Shown: piece by piece, positions 9,100-19,329 of the stretch
Layout: every line of letters begins with the position of its first letter
Position numbering within the stretch: the first letter of the stretch is position 1
From: a candidate division Kazan bacterium RIFCSPLOWO2_01_FULL_48_13
GTDB lineage: Bacteria; Patescibacteriota; Kazan-3B-28; UBA10110
DNA length: 64,000 nucleotides
Assembly: GCA_001771275.1 (NCBI GenBank)
Contig: METE01000001.1
Span: 55,158 to 119,157 of the forward strand
Direction: 5' to 3'
Made by a program: the position numbers and the translations under genes
The notes under the pieces: model-generated
Database searches by the model: none
Told to the model about the DNA's origin: nothing
The model's input: only the letters and a program-made list of their open reading frames with translations

Positions 9100-9860
9100 G
9101 CGCATTCTTTTGTCATCCTAAGGAACTCACCTATCGTCCTTCTGGCAAGTCCGATGCGTCGGACCGCTCCGCCAGCTGGCGGACAGAATCTTATAATTGA
9201 CGACGTTTACCCTGCGTCGTCATCCTCGCCTCGTCGGGGATCGTATACAAGATTCTGGAGTCGCTTCACTCCCCAGAATGACGACATGGAGATTGCGGAG
9301 CCTGTCCCGAGCGAAACGAGGGATCTCTGTCTTCTCGCAATGACAAAAAAGAAGTCATCCTGAAAACCCTCATGCCAATAAAAAATATCAAATATAAATA
9401 ACCCCCAACCGTCATCCTGAAAACACTTTACTGGGCCAAAGGCCCCCCTTTGGGGCCGTAGGCTATATAAAATACCCCCAACCGTCATCCTGAAAACACT
9501 TTACTGGGCCAAAGGCCCCCCTTTGGGGCCGTAGGCTATATAAAATAACCCCCAACCGTCATCCTGAAAACACTTTACTGGGCCAAAGGCCCCCCTTTGG
9601 GGCCGTAGGCCTATATAGATAACTTATTCAGGATCCAGGCCTGGATTCTCGGGTCAAGCCCGAGGATGACAAAAAATAGCCCGGGGATGACAAAGAAGTG
9701 GCCCAATGATACCCCTCGCACTGTCATCCTGAAAACACTTTACTGGGCCAAAGGCCCCCCTTTGGGGCCGTAGGCTTATATAGATAACTTATTCAGGATC
9801 CAGGCCTGGATTCCAGATCGAGTCTGGAATGACAAAATAGCAGCCTCAGAATGACAACAG
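9100..9860. repeat. Large mosaic repeat cluster including a 3x tandem ~70-bp unit (9401-9625)
   Basis: Unit CCCCCAACCGTCATCCTGAAAACACTTTACTGGGCCAAAGGCCCCCCTTTGGGGCCGTAGGCTATATAAAATA is repeated three times head-to-tail with no spacers. Region 9640-9800 is nearly identical to 29860-30060. Confidence 0.8.
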
Positions 9861-9879
9861 AAGTTGTTAATAAGCATCA

Positions 9880-11583
9880 TTAGGGTAAGCGATAGCCTAA
9901 ATTATTATCGTCGGAGTATTGTAATACATACCCTACCCCTTTTAAATACTGCTCATAAATCGTCACGGAATTATTCGTGAGATATTTTTTATGTATTACT
10001 ACCCAATCAGTTTTCCATTTAGTTGGAAAATCATTAGACAATAAGTTAAAACTATTGGCGGAGTTAGCATCCGCTAACGGCAACTGGTCATCACTATAAA
10101 AATCAAAGGTAGAACGCTGGGTGCGCGAAACGCTGCCGATTGCCAGCTTTTTCTGGTGGTAAGTGCCGTAGTAGGCAAACAACGAGATAAATTTGCCTTT
10201 GTCCCAATAGCCCGAATTAATCCCCCACGGGATATCCAGCACCGAAGAAGCTTTGGCATCATTCTTAATTGTTTGATACACCGGCGGAATAGATAGATCG
10301 ATCAGCGGATAAGGAATCGGTAGGAATTCGATCAGGATAAGCACCACCGCTGCCCCGCCCAACCAGCGGCGGCGTTGGGGTAGACGACTAATTGCCATCC
10401 CGATTAGAATGGCCAGACAGAACATCACCATTACCGAGAAGCGCGCCGGCACTCGCCAGCTGCCCCACCCTTCCCACCAGCTGTAAAGCCACAGATATGG
10501 GAGGGAGATGCCGGTAACATGATCTAATCCCTTGAGATGCGGACCAAACGAAAGTATCCCAAACACCGCTCCCAGCACTACCCAGAACCACGGGCTGACA
10601 GAAAAATTTAGTTTAACTCGGCGGCAAATCAGACTGATCAGAAAAATTAAGCCGATCAGCAGGGCGGTCCAGCTCAAGAAGATGGTGTTCTCCACCCCGC
10701 CGGCAAAGGGCCCCGGGATCTTAGCGGCCAAGCTTCCCCACCACGGATGGAGCTGGCTGGGAACAAAATAACGCGCCAAGTCGGCCGAATAAAAATCAAT
10801 TGCCTGAGCGCTTAAAACTTCCGGCGATCCGACTGCGCTGTTTTCTTTGAAGGCCGGGATCAGCCAGATCGACCAGACCGCTATCCAGACCAGGGCCATC
10901 ACCAATCCGCGGCTTAGTAATCTAATGCGATCCGCTACTGAACGAGTAGCGATCAGCTGCCAAATCGCCCAAACAATAATAAAAACAAACAGAAAAATAA
11001 AATTATAGATATCATTTACTGATGCCAGACCGGCCACCAAGCCGGCTGTGATTGGTATCCACCACTGCCGATTCTTAGGCAGTTTTAATACCAGCCAAAC
11101 ACATAACGGGATAAACCATAGGGTGATCAGGTTATAGTGGCCGTAGGCGTGCCTCATAATGTATGGGCTAAACCCAAACAGCACCCCAGCCACCCAGCCA
11201 CCCAAATTTGAACGGGTAATATCTCTAACCACTATGAACATCAGCCAAGCGGTTAACGCGAGCGATAACAGGAAATGGAGATTAAAAGCCATAATGGTAT
11301 TGATCAGCAAAGACAGTCCGGCGATGATCGCCGAATTAACCAATGTCAGCGTATGAAAAACCAAGCTAACGGTCTGCGGATAAAAGATTTGGTCGGTCGA
11401 AAACAGCGAGGCAGAATTAAACCAAACTTGCTTGAGCCACCAAACATCCCACAAAAATAGTGGCGCATCGCCGCCGACTCCCAGAATATGCGAAGGCAAA
11501 TGCAAAATTAGTGGCCAGGTCATCGCCACAACCAAAATTAGATAACCAACAAAGGTCCAAAAAAATAATTTACGCCTATTCAT
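9880..11583 (-). CDS. Polytopic membrane protein, putative GT-C-fold glycosyltransferase
   Basis: 567 aa, more than 10 predicted TM helices plus a C-terminal soluble domain; the N-terminal WPL...GGDAPLFLWDVWW loop resembles PMT/ArnT-like families. Confidence 0.45.
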   Translation of the reverse strand: MNRRKLFFWTFVGYLILVVAMTWPLILHLPSHILGVGGDAPLFLWDVWWLKQVWFNSASLFSTDQIFYPQTVSLVFHTLTLVNSAIIAGLSLLINTIMAFNLHFLLSLALTAWLMFIVVRDITRSNLGGWVAGVLFGFSPYIMRHAYGHYNLITLWFIPLCVWLVLKLPKNRQWWIPITAGLVAGLASVNDIYNFIFLFVFIIVWAIWQLIATRSVADRIRLLSRGLVMALVWIAVWSIWLIPAFKENSAVGSPEVLSAQAIDFYSADLARYFVPSQLHPWWGSLAAKIPGPFAGGVENTIFLSWTALLIGLIFLISLICRRVKLNFSVSPWFWVVLGAVFGILSFGPHLKGLDHVTGISLPYLWLYSWWEGWGSWRVPARFSVMVMFCLAILIGMAISRLPQRRRWLGGAAVVLILIEFLPIPYPLIDLSIPPVYQTIKNDAKASSVLDIPWGINSGYWDKGKFISLFAYYGTYHQKKLAIGSVSRTQRSTFDFYSDDQLPLADANSANSFNLLSNDFPTKWKTDWVVIHKKYLTNNSVTIYEQYLKGVGYVLQYSDDNNLGYRLP

Positions 11584-12350
11584 CGGCTAATTCTATCGTG
11601 GCGCGATACTACTACCGAAGATGAATTATATCTGCCCCGCAGCAGATTTAATTTGACGCGCAGCAGATCGCGCAGCGTTCTTAATGCCTCCCGGCCAGTG
11701 CGGACCTTGCTCTCCATATCGTTGTACCAATCAATCCCTACTTCTTTAAAAGCATAACCTAAATGCCGCGCTATCACTAACACTTCGAAATCAAATCCAA
11801 ATCGATCCAACTTAACATTGGCAAAGATGTTCTTGCCGGCCCGCTGCTCAAATAATTTAAAGCCACATTGAGTATCGTAAATGCCCGGCACAGCCAAAAT
11901 GCGAATCAGCAGGTTGCTGGCTCGGGAGAGCAAAATTCGATGCCGAGACTGAGGAATATGCACATGGGCGCCACGACAGTACCTCGAACCGATTACTACT
12001 GGATATTGAGTAACATAAGGCAGTAATTTATCGACCTGTTCGATCGGAGTGGCATTATCCGCATCAGAAAATAGAATATACTGACCTTTGGCCCCCAATA
12101 CTCCCTGCTTAACCACCGCCCCTTTGCCTTGGTTCACGGAATTAGAAATAAATTTAAGTTCCGGCCAACCTTCGGCGATAATCGATACCACTGCGTCAGT
12201 GGTATCTTTGCTCCCATCGTTGACCACAATAACTTCGTAAACATACGATTGTCTATCCAAAAACTGACGCATCGCCGCTAAGGTTTTACCAATGCGACGC
12301 TCCTCGTTATAAGCCGGCACCACCACTGATAAATAAATACTCTCACCCAT
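11580..12350 (-). CDS. Family 2 glycosyltransferase (polyprenyl-phosphate glycosyltransferase, DPM1/ArnC/GtrB-like)
   Basis: VVVPAYNEERRIGKTL...VVNDGSKDTT...DADN. Start overlaps the stop of the upstream gene. Confidence 0.8.
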   Translation of the reverse strand: MGESIYLSVVVPAYNEERRIGKTLAAMRQFLDRQSYVYEVIVVNDGSKDTTDAVVSIIAEGWPELKFISNSVNQGKGAVVKQGVLGAKGQYILFSDADNATPIEQVDKLLPYVTQYPVVIGSRYCRGAHVHIPQSRHRILLSRASNLLIRILAVPGIYDTQCGFKLFEQRAGKNIFANVKLDRFGFDFEVLVIARHLGYAFKEVGIDWYNDMESKVRTGREALRTLRDLLRVKLNLLRGRYNSSSVVVSRHDRISR

Positions 12351-12364
12351 AATTGTTATATTTT

Positions 12365-12735
12365 ATCTGTCATCTTGAGTTTTACTGCGTCATACCCTCT
12401 TTTTTATTCGTCATTCCCGCCCCCGATCGTAGTCGAGAGTAAACTCCGGCGGCTTCCGGCTCTGAGAGCCTCCAGCTCGGAGAGGAATCCAGACATTAAA
12501 CTAAATAAATTATCATCCTGAGTTTTTGCTGTCATTTTAAGTTTTTTCTTGTCATCCTGAGTTTTTTAGCCACTCCCACATATCCCCTCTCGTCATCCTG
12601 AAAACACTTTACTGCTGTAGGCTATTATATAGATAACTTATTCAGGATCCAGGCCTGGATCCTCGGGTCCCCAGTAGTCGCGGGGCAGGCAAGCCCGAGG
12701 ATGACAAAAAAGGGCGAGAATGACGATGGGGGCGG
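12365..12735. repeat. Mosaic palindromic repeat cluster
   Basis: Multiple GTCATCCTGA / GGATGACA / GAATGACG modules plus the CAGGATCCAGGCCTGGATCCTCGGG module. Confidence 0.7.
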
Positions 12736-12750
12736 AAAGGACAAATTTAA

Positions 12751-13446
12751 TTATTTATAAGCGACAAAAAAGATGTTGGTAAATACCGGATACAGCTTAA
12801 TCGTAGCGAATTTAGTCGTTAACAGCTCTTGGATGTCCTTGGCTACCATCTCATTATGAAACGGTTCTTTAACCTGGTAGTGCCGGCTATTGGAGTGCAA
12901 GGTGATACTTAAAAACCTTAGTTTCCAGAACAGCGACCGCATCGGCACCGAACCGATTAAAACTCCGCCCGGTTTAAGCACCCGGTAGGCCTCAGCCACC
13001 ACCTTCTCTGGATAGATCAGATGTTCCAACACTTCAGCCGCGACTATTAGATCAAAGGTGGCGTCCGGGTAAGGAATGCCCGCCTCCAAATCACACAGTC
13101 GCCCCACCGCCTGTGGCACATATTTTTTCAGCCGCTCTAAGTTGCGCGGGTTAAGATCCAACCCCACCGACCCGACCGGTAAGTGCCTTAAGATCAGACC
13201 GGTCCCACAACCCAGCTCCAATGCCTTGGGGTTAGCAGCCAAACGGGGGCGCAACAGGCGGACTATCCGCCACTCGCGATAGCGATGAAACCAACTTTCG
13301 GGTAGCCACCAGCGATTAACCGTATCAGTCCAATCATAAGTTTCAACCTCTTGATAGTATCGATTGGTCAGCGCTTTATACTCCGGCCAATTTAAATCGG
13401 CCGGCTTGCTTTCGGCGATGCGGCGTTTGTAATCAGGTTCTATCAC
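12751..13446 (-). CDS. Class I SAM-dependent methyltransferase
   Basis: Motif I LELGCGTGLILRHL; post-I VLKPGGVLIGSVP. Confidence 0.7.
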   Translation of the reverse strand: MIEPDYKRRIAESKPADLNWPEYKALTNRYYQEVETYDWTDTVNRWWLPESWFHRYREWRIVRLLRPRLAANPKALELGCGTGLILRHLPVGSVGLDLNPRNLERLKKYVPQAVGRLCDLEAGIPYPDATFDLIVAAEVLEHLIYPEKVVAEAYRVLKPGGVLIGSVPMRSLFWKLRFLSITLHSNSRHYQVKEPFHNEMVAKDIQELLTTKFATIKLYPVFTNIFFVAYK

Positions 13447-13846
13447 TCTGGCGAAAGATAATAAATTTATAAGTTAAGTAGTTGCAGACGGTAAAGATAA
13501 TCGCCGAGACTATTTTGGCTAAATTGTACTGCCACCAGTACGGCCAGCCGGGAAACTGGCCTATTAGCATCTGGGTGCCAAAATGAACCAACACATCATA
13601 AATAACTATCCAGATCAGGTTGACGGTAACAAACAGTGGCAACTGCCGAAGATGATTAGGTCGCTTATCGCCAAAGGTCCAGTATTTATGCCAGATGTAA
13701 CCATTAGTAATGGCCAGCGCTGCCGAAAGAGTGTTGGCTGGAATTAACTGCCAATGAAACACCTGCACCAACAAATTAAGCATCCCGATATCGATCGCAG
13801 CGTTGCTGGTTCCGACTATCGAATATCTAATTAACTGTTTGATCAT
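13433..13846 (-). CDS. GtrA-family membrane protein
   Basis: 137 aa, 4 TM; N-terminal IRYSIVGTSNAAIDIGMLNLL is typical of GtrA. Confidence 0.65.
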   Translation of the reverse strand: MIKQLIRYSIVGTSNAAIDIGMLNLLVQVFHWQLIPANTLSAALAITNGYIWHKYWTFGDKRPNHLRQLPLFVTVNLIWIVIYDVLVHFGTQMLIGQFPGWPYWWQYNLAKIVSAIIFTVCNYLTYKFIIFRQSDRT

Positions 13847-14766
13847 ATCTTTTTAGCCAAAATAAATACGCTACTGCCAAATGGCAGGCTGATATATCTA
13901 ATCAGCCACGCTTCTATCCAGCCTAAACCGATCAATAACCGGCTGATGGGATGGGGCGCAGCATTATACCCGGCTCCCCGGCCTAAACTTTTGGCCAGCA
14001 GCCGCTGGGCTACGAAGATCGGGAAGGTAAACATAAATACATACGAAGAAAATATCGGTTTAAATCCAGCTTGGGAAAGTTTAGCTGCTAACTTGCTTAA
14101 GGTATAGCGGCGCTGATGCAACAAGGCTTTATCATGCGGGCCATACAGCCACTGATACGCCGGTACGGAGATCGCCACACACCCACCAATGGTTAGAACA
14201 CGATGCCACTCTTTAAGCGCCGCTTCATCATCTAACAGATGTTCCAATACATCGAAAGCGGTGATCAGATCGATCGATTCATCCGGCCGAGGCAATTGCA
14301 GAGCATCGCCCTGTTCCGCTTCCCCGTGCTGCTTGGCCGAAACCAGCGCCACCTCGCTTTGATCAATGCCAGTAACCTTTCCCCACCGCCGCAAGAACTC
14401 TAAATTAAAACCCCCGCCGCACCCCACATCCAATATCTCCATTCCTTTTGTTGAAGCGTCATTGCGAGTAATCTCCCCCCATTTTGTCATTCCAGACTCG
14501 ATCTGGAATCCAGGCCTGGATCCTGAATCCGAACTTGGCCCTTGGCCAGTCGGTCCAGGATGACACATCAAGTCGTTATTCTGGGTAGGCCGTTCTCCAT
14601 CGTCATTCTGGGGAGTCCGTCGGCTGACGGACGACTCCAGAATCTTAGGATTATCAGATTCTAATAGCCACTTGTCTAATATCGAACGCCAGACCAGCCT
14701 CCGGCAGATATGCCACCAGTAAAACTGCTCCTGTTCGCCCATTTCGGCTACATCGCTTTCTTGCAT
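13843..14766 (-). CDS. Class I SAM-dependent methyltransferase (N-terminal region contains translated repeat element)
   Basis: ILDVGCGGGFNLEFL, ITAFDVLEHL. Residues ...MCHPGPTGQGPSSDSGSRPGFQIESGMTK... are encoded by the palindromic repeat at 14441-14700, so the true start may be a downstream Met such as MEILDVG. Confidence 0.55.
   Translation of the reverse strand: MQESDVAEMGEQEQFYWWHICRRLVWRSILDKWLLESDNPKILESSVSRRTPQNDDGERPTQNNDLMCHPGPTGQGPSSDSGSRPGFQIESGMTKWGEITRNDASTKGMEILDVGCGGGFNLEFLRRWGKVTGIDQSEVALVSAKQHGEAEQGDALQLPRPDESIDLITAFDVLEHLLDDEAALKEWHRVLTIGGCVAISVPAYQWLYGPHDKALLHQRRYTLSKLAAKLSQAGFKPIFSSYVFMFTFPIFVAQRLLAKSLGRGAGYNAAPHPISRLLIGLGWIEAWLIRYISLPFGSSVFILAKKI
14441..14700. repeat. 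Palindromic repeat modules lying in-frame in the 5' part of the methyltransferase ORF
   Basis: GTCATTCCAGACTCGATCTGGAATCCAGGCCTGGATCCTGAATCCGAACTTGGCCCTTGGCCAGTCGGTCCAGGATGACA followed by GTCATTCTGGGGAGTCCGTCGGCTGACGGACGACTCCAGAATC. Confidence 0.75.
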
Positions 14767-14929
14767 ACCCCTATTCTACCCTGATAGTAGAAATTGTCAT
14801 GGCTTCGCCCCTCCCTCGTCATTCTGGTAAGTCCGTCAGCTGACGGACGCATCCAGAATCTCAGGATTAATAAGATCCTGGACAAGCCAGGATGACGAGA
14901 GGGGGTTCAAGAGAGGTTTGAATTATAGG

Positions 14930-17356
14930 TTAGGCGATGGTGAAGGTGAGGGTGCCAGTGTAGTTTTCTACCTCTGCTCCAGCAGGGATGTCTATTTGAA
15001 TGGTTGGCCGGACATTAGTTTCATCCCCAACTGACCCGCTACTTCGCGTCCCGACAGTCTGGGGGGTGTCCAATGCGTAAGTATTAGCGGCTGGCTCTGT
15101 CACATTAGAAGTTGTGCCAGACCAAATGGTTTTTGTATCACCACCACCCCCGACCGTACCATCGGTTCGGAGTTTCACATTAGCGGCGGAGATAACATAA
15201 GTAGTCGGAGCTCCAGTAATTGCAGAAGATGATACAGTCAAACTCCACCCCGCACCAGCATCAGTTGCGGTAACCAATTCATCAGCCGCGAAGGTGGTTT
15301 CTACCGTAAATCCTCTGTTGCCATCATTCAATACTATATCAGCTGGCGCAGTTAAACCCAGTTGCGGCCCCTGAATTTCCACTGCCGCAGTTTTGGTATA
15401 GGCTGTAAACGCAGTAGTAGAAGCGTACGCCCTAAGATAATAGGTGTTAACTGTTGCGCTATATATAGACCACTCGTATTCGGTAAAAGACCACGCCGTC
15501 AACGCAACCAAGCTGGTAGCTATATCGGAGGTTTCCACCACCCTACCTACAGCAAAATCCCATCCATTGGCGGTCTCATCAGTTAATTGCCTGGTAGTGG
15601 CTTCGTTGTGAGTAACCAGTGCTGAGGTTACTATTTTTACATCTGTAGTGGTATTAGTTACTTGTGTATAAGTACCGCCCTCAGAGGTACTATAATACAG
15701 CAGGGGCGAGAAGGTGCCAGTTTCTCCCCCATCATTCCTAAACTGAATCCGAACGCGATAATTAGTGCTGACATCGTAAAGCACGGTAGTATCATCCTCA
15801 GTAGTGGCGCCAGCTTTATCGGTCCAAGCAATATGGGTTTCGTCGTCATCATCGGTATCAAATTGAAAATGAGTCTGTTGATATGACACCGCTTGATACT
15901 GCAGTGGCGTGGGGGTGGAGGCAGAGTCCATCGGCGGGATGATAGCGCTATCGTAAGTGGTGGTTGAGGGGGCAGTGGCCGAACCAAACCGAAAAATAAC
16001 ATTACTGGCAGTGATGGCAGCTAAACTAACCAATTCCACATCCAGACATACTCGCTCACCAGCAGTGATCGTGGCCGCAGAGCCCGCCAACACAGCTTCC
16101 AATTGATTATCGGTAGTGGTGCTATTGAACTCGTTACCATTAGCGCGGGCATAAATAGTATCTCCAATAGTATCATCCGCGTCCCAAGTGTATATCATAG
16201 TTCGCGGAGCGGCGTTGTTGCCCAAAGTTGATTCATTCCCGTGAAGGTGAAATATCCAGTTGCCAGCCGGGATGGTTTGGGCGGCCAATGGTGGAGAACA
16301 CCAGATATTCATTTGATAGTAATAGGGATTTCCGGTAGTTTCTACGGCTTGGGTGTTAGATTCGGCGCCCGCTCCGGCCACCGTGCTCATTCGTCGGCTA
16401 TCCATAGTACTCGATCGAAAACTGTCGGCCCCCTGATGAGCATTGGGAATGGGAGCACGATCCGTGCTGGTCGGTTGCAGATAGATCGGATCAAAGGTAT
16501 CTACCGTGGTCGTGTTAACTGTAATATAACTGGCCGCATTACCAGCGTTAGTGATAGATCGGTCCGTGATAGCCCCATTACCCCCCCAGCACAGCGTGAC
16601 GGTGCGGGCGTTAGAGGTTCGGGTAGTGGCATCTACCCAAAACTCCACCGCCAGATAATCGTAGTTATTACTGCTATAACTACTGCCACCGACAGCATTA
16701 GTTACCGGCCAAACATATCCGGTTAACGAAGTGGTCAGCTCGTTAGTGGGGTGTGAGGTTGGCCCGGCTAAGACTTTAGCACTATTATTATCATTAGAAT
16801 CGTAAACATAAACATAAGCCCGCAGATAACCGTTGAGGGCACCGTGGCTCTCGCTGGCCGACATCCCAACCGTAAAACTGGTATCACTGGTAAAGGTAGT
16901 GTTGTTACCCAATGGCATAATAAAGGTTCTAAACCATGCCATATCCACATCTGGAGTGTTAGTAAAAGCGGCGCTGGTTACCCGGTAAGCATTTATCGAT
17001 AACGAGGTGGCGTTAGGCTGGATTGGTCCCGCGATCGGAATCATCCCCAACGCAGTGGCCTGACCAGACACCACCATGCCAGAAGCATCGCTACTATTTT
17101 CCACGGTCGGACCAGCCACCCCAAAATAGTTGTTAGCAGTGCGGGTGGGTGTAACGACACTATCGGCTTTAAAATAGAAAGTGCTTTGCGTGGCGGCCTG
17201 CGCTTCGGCTTTCGGAATCGAGTTTGGGATAAAGCTAAAATCGATAAAATCCCAGTGGAGATAGTTAATTAATATCGATAAAGCTAACAGCCAGCTAATG
17301 CGGGCCAAAATTAAGCGACGGCGTGAACTGATTAAACTATCTCCCCTATGGTGCAT
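14930..17356 (-). CDS. Large secreted surface protein with WxL-like C-terminal domain (csc 'C'-like)
   Basis: N-terminal signal/anchor; Thr/Ser/Asn-rich beta-type composition; C-terminal GAGWSLTV... and terminal ...NYTGTLTFTIA shared with the 46502 paralog (TVGTRSSGSVGDETNVRPTIQIDIP vs TVGTRSSGTSGDSTTTRPSIQVVIP). Confidence 0.5.
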   Translation of the reverse strand: MHHRGDSLISSRRRLILARISWLLALSILINYLHWDFIDFSFIPNSIPKAEAQAATQSTFYFKADSVVTPTRTANNYFGVAGPTVENSSDASGMVVSGQATALGMIPIAGPIQPNATSLSINAYRVTSAAFTNTPDVDMAWFRTFIMPLGNNTTFTSDTSFTVGMSASESHGALNGYLRAYVYVYDSNDNNSAKVLAGPTSHPTNELTTSLTGYVWPVTNAVGGSSYSSNNYDYLAVEFWVDATTRTSNARTVTLCWGGNGAITDRSITNAGNAASYITVNTTTVDTFDPIYLQPTSTDRAPIPNAHQGADSFRSSTMDSRRMSTVAGAGAESNTQAVETTGNPYYYQMNIWCSPPLAAQTIPAGNWIFHLHGNESTLGNNAAPRTMIYTWDADDTIGDTIYARANGNEFNSTTTDNQLEAVLAGSAATITAGERVCLDVELVSLAAITASNVIFRFGSATAPSTTTYDSAIIPPMDSASTPTPLQYQAVSYQQTHFQFDTDDDDETHIAWTDKAGATTEDDTTVLYDVSTNYRVRIQFRNDGGETGTFSPLLYYSTSEGGTYTQVTNTTTDVKIVTSALVTHNEATTRQLTDETANGWDFAVGRVVETSDIATSLVALTAWSFTEYEWSIYSATVNTYYLRAYASTTAFTAYTKTAAVEIQGPQLGLTAPADIVLNDGNRGFTVETTFAADELVTATDAGAGWSLTVSSSAITGAPTTYVISAANVKLRTDGTVGGGGDTKTIWSGTTSNVTEPAANTYALDTPQTVGTRSSGSVGDETNVRPTIQIDIPAGAEVENYTGTLTFTIA

Positions 17357-17418
17357 ACAAAAACATCGTCCTTAAAGTTACTTATATTTTACAATAAATT
17401 TTATGGTCGGCCTATCTT

Positions 17419-18963
17419 TTGCTCGGATCATATTGCTATACTAAAACTATGGTGCGAATTGGGCAGATTGGTCAGCGAATAAAAAAATGGTGGAAAATTA
17501 CTGATCCAGTTAATTGGTTGCTTTTGGTGGTGGCGGTGGGGTTCTGTGCCTATCCGTTAACTGACCCTGACTTCGGTTGGCAGTTACGCTCAGGTCTGGA
17601 TTTGCTAAAAACTCATCAATTACCCCAGTTTGACCCCTATTCTCACACTCTGCCCAACTGGCATTGGGTTAATTTAGAGTGGTTGAGTGAAGGAACGATA
17701 GCATTTATTTACCAGCATTTAGGGGCAGCATCGCTAATCTTTGCTTTTGCGCTAATGGCCGTCGCTATGTTAATAATTGCGGCATCGTGGTCAACAGGAG
17801 TTAGCCTAAAAGCCAAATTAGCAGTTGCTGTCTTGGCAGTTCTGGCCAATGTGGGGCGTTGGGGTGTACGGCTACAACTTATTACCCAACTGGGATTAGC
17901 AATCGTGCTGTGGTTATTTTCTCGCTATCGAATCGGCGCTATTAAGCATCTGTGGTGGTATATTCCGCTATTTTGGCTGTGGGCTAATCTCCATGGCGGG
18001 TTTTTTAGCGGGTTAGCAGTCTTAGGGTTGCTCTGGGTAGTAGAAGGGATTAAATGGCTCAATCGGCCTCGCCATCGTCACACTGTTTCATCAAGGATAA
18101 CCGAGCCCACCCTGCAACTGCCACAGCTAAGGCATTTGATGGTCGTTGGCTTATTGTCGGGCGCGGCGACCTTGATTAATCCATATGGCTGGCGGATATA
18201 TGAGGATATTTACCGGCTATTCTCTACCTCTTTCGTGTTGAAAGCCATCGCGGAGTGGAAACCGTTCTCGATCAGCGAATCCGGCAACTATTTTCTGTGG
18301 CTTTACTTTTGCTTGCTGATCATCGCTATGATATTTACCTACCGCAAAGTTGAACCTACTCGCTGGGTAGTGACCATATTTTTCTTTATTATGATGATTA
18401 CTGCCAACCGCAACTTGGCGTTATTCCTACTGATCAGCTCTGGATTTTTTGCCGAGGCGATCAACGGGCCGATGAAGTGGCTGACCTACCGTCTAATCCG
18501 ACTGCGGTGGTTGGCTGTCGCCATTACTGTTGGTGGATTCTATTGGGTAACCCCCAGCATACTGCGGTTTACTGAGACGGCGGATGATATTAAAACCATT
18601 TCCCAGATCGGACGCTACCCTCTATCTGCCATCGAGTGGGCTAAGGCCCACCCAGACCAGATTGGAGACCGGCTGTTCAATATGTACGGCCAGGGCGGGT
18701 TTTTGCTGTGGCAACTGCCAGAGAAAAAGATCTTTATTGATGGGCGGATGTCGTATTGGCAGATAGATAATCGGTGGGTTTTTCGAGATAGCATTGCAAT
18801 TAATGGAGCCTACCCCGGCGCGGTGCAGATGATGGAGGAAAAATATCAGGTCGACTGGGTGTTAGTTGACCCGCGAATAAAGTTGGCACTGGAACTGAGC
18901 CAACGACCCGACTGGCAGTTGGTCTATCAAGATTCGTTGGCGGTTATTTATACCAAAAAATAA
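17419..18963 (+). CDS. Polytopic membrane protein, 'DPDFGWQLRSG' family (putative GT-C-like), paralog of 21029 and 43514
   Basis: 514 aa; about 10 TM plus a C-terminal domain with FNMYGQGGFLLWQLPEKKIFIDGRM, conserved in all three paralogs. Confidence 0.55.
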   Translation: MLGSYCYTKTMVRIGQIGQRIKKWWKITDPVNWLLLVVAVGFCAYPLTDPDFGWQLRSGLDLLKTHQLPQFDPYSHTLPNWHWVNLEWLSEGTIAFIYQHLGAASLIFAFALMAVAMLIIAASWSTGVSLKAKLAVAVLAVLANVGRWGVRLQLITQLGLAIVLWLFSRYRIGAIKHLWWYIPLFWLWANLHGGFFSGLAVLGLLWVVEGIKWLNRPRHRHTVSSRITEPTLQLPQLRHLMVVGLLSGAATLINPYGWRIYEDIYRLFSTSFVLKAIAEWKPFSISESGNYFLWLYFCLLIIAMIFTYRKVEPTRWVVTIFFFIMMITANRNLALFLLISSGFFAEAINGPMKWLTYRLIRLRWLAVAITVGGFYWVTPSILRFTETADDIKTISQIGRYPLSAIEWAKAHPDQIGDRLFNMYGQGGFLLWQLPEKKIFIDGRMSYWQIDNRWVFRDSIAINGAYPGAVQMMEEKYQVDWVLVDPRIKLALELSQRPDWQLVYQDSLAVIYTKK

Positions 18964-18965
18964 CC

Positions 18966-19320
18966 CCACCCGCGCCAATAAAAAATATCAAATATAAAAT
19001 AAAAAATCACCCCCTTTTTGTCATTCCCGAGCCGAGTGCCGTAGGCAACTCGACATCGGGAATCCAGGCCTGGATCCTGAATCCGAACTTGGCCTTTGGC
19101 CAGTCGGTCCAGGATGACACCTCTTTTGTTATTCCTGTCCACTTCGTCATTCTGGGGAGTCCGTCGGCTGACGGACGACTCCAGAATCTTGTATACGATC
19201 CCCGACGAGGCGAGGATGACGACGCAGGGTAAACGTCGTCAATTATAAGATTCTGGGCGCATTTGCCATGGGCAAATTTGCCGGAATGACGGAAGGTGAG
19301 TCGGGCAGGATGACAGCAGG
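18966..19320. repeat. Mosaic palindromic repeat cluster
   Basis: CATGCCAATAAAAAATATCAAATATAAA module; GTCATTCCCGAG...GGAATCCAGGCCTGGATCCTGAATCCGAACTTGGCC...CCAGGATGACA; GTCATTCTGGGGAGTCCGTCGGCTGACGGACGACTCCAGAATC; GGGTAAACGTCGTCAATTATAAGATTCTGG. Confidence 0.75.
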
Positions 19321-19329
19321 TAGAACACC

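Noticed and set aside
9401-9625. Possible CRISPR array
   Set aside because: The repeats are directly abutting 70-bp units with no unique spacers, and they belong to the dispersed mosaic repeat family. No cas genes are present in the window.
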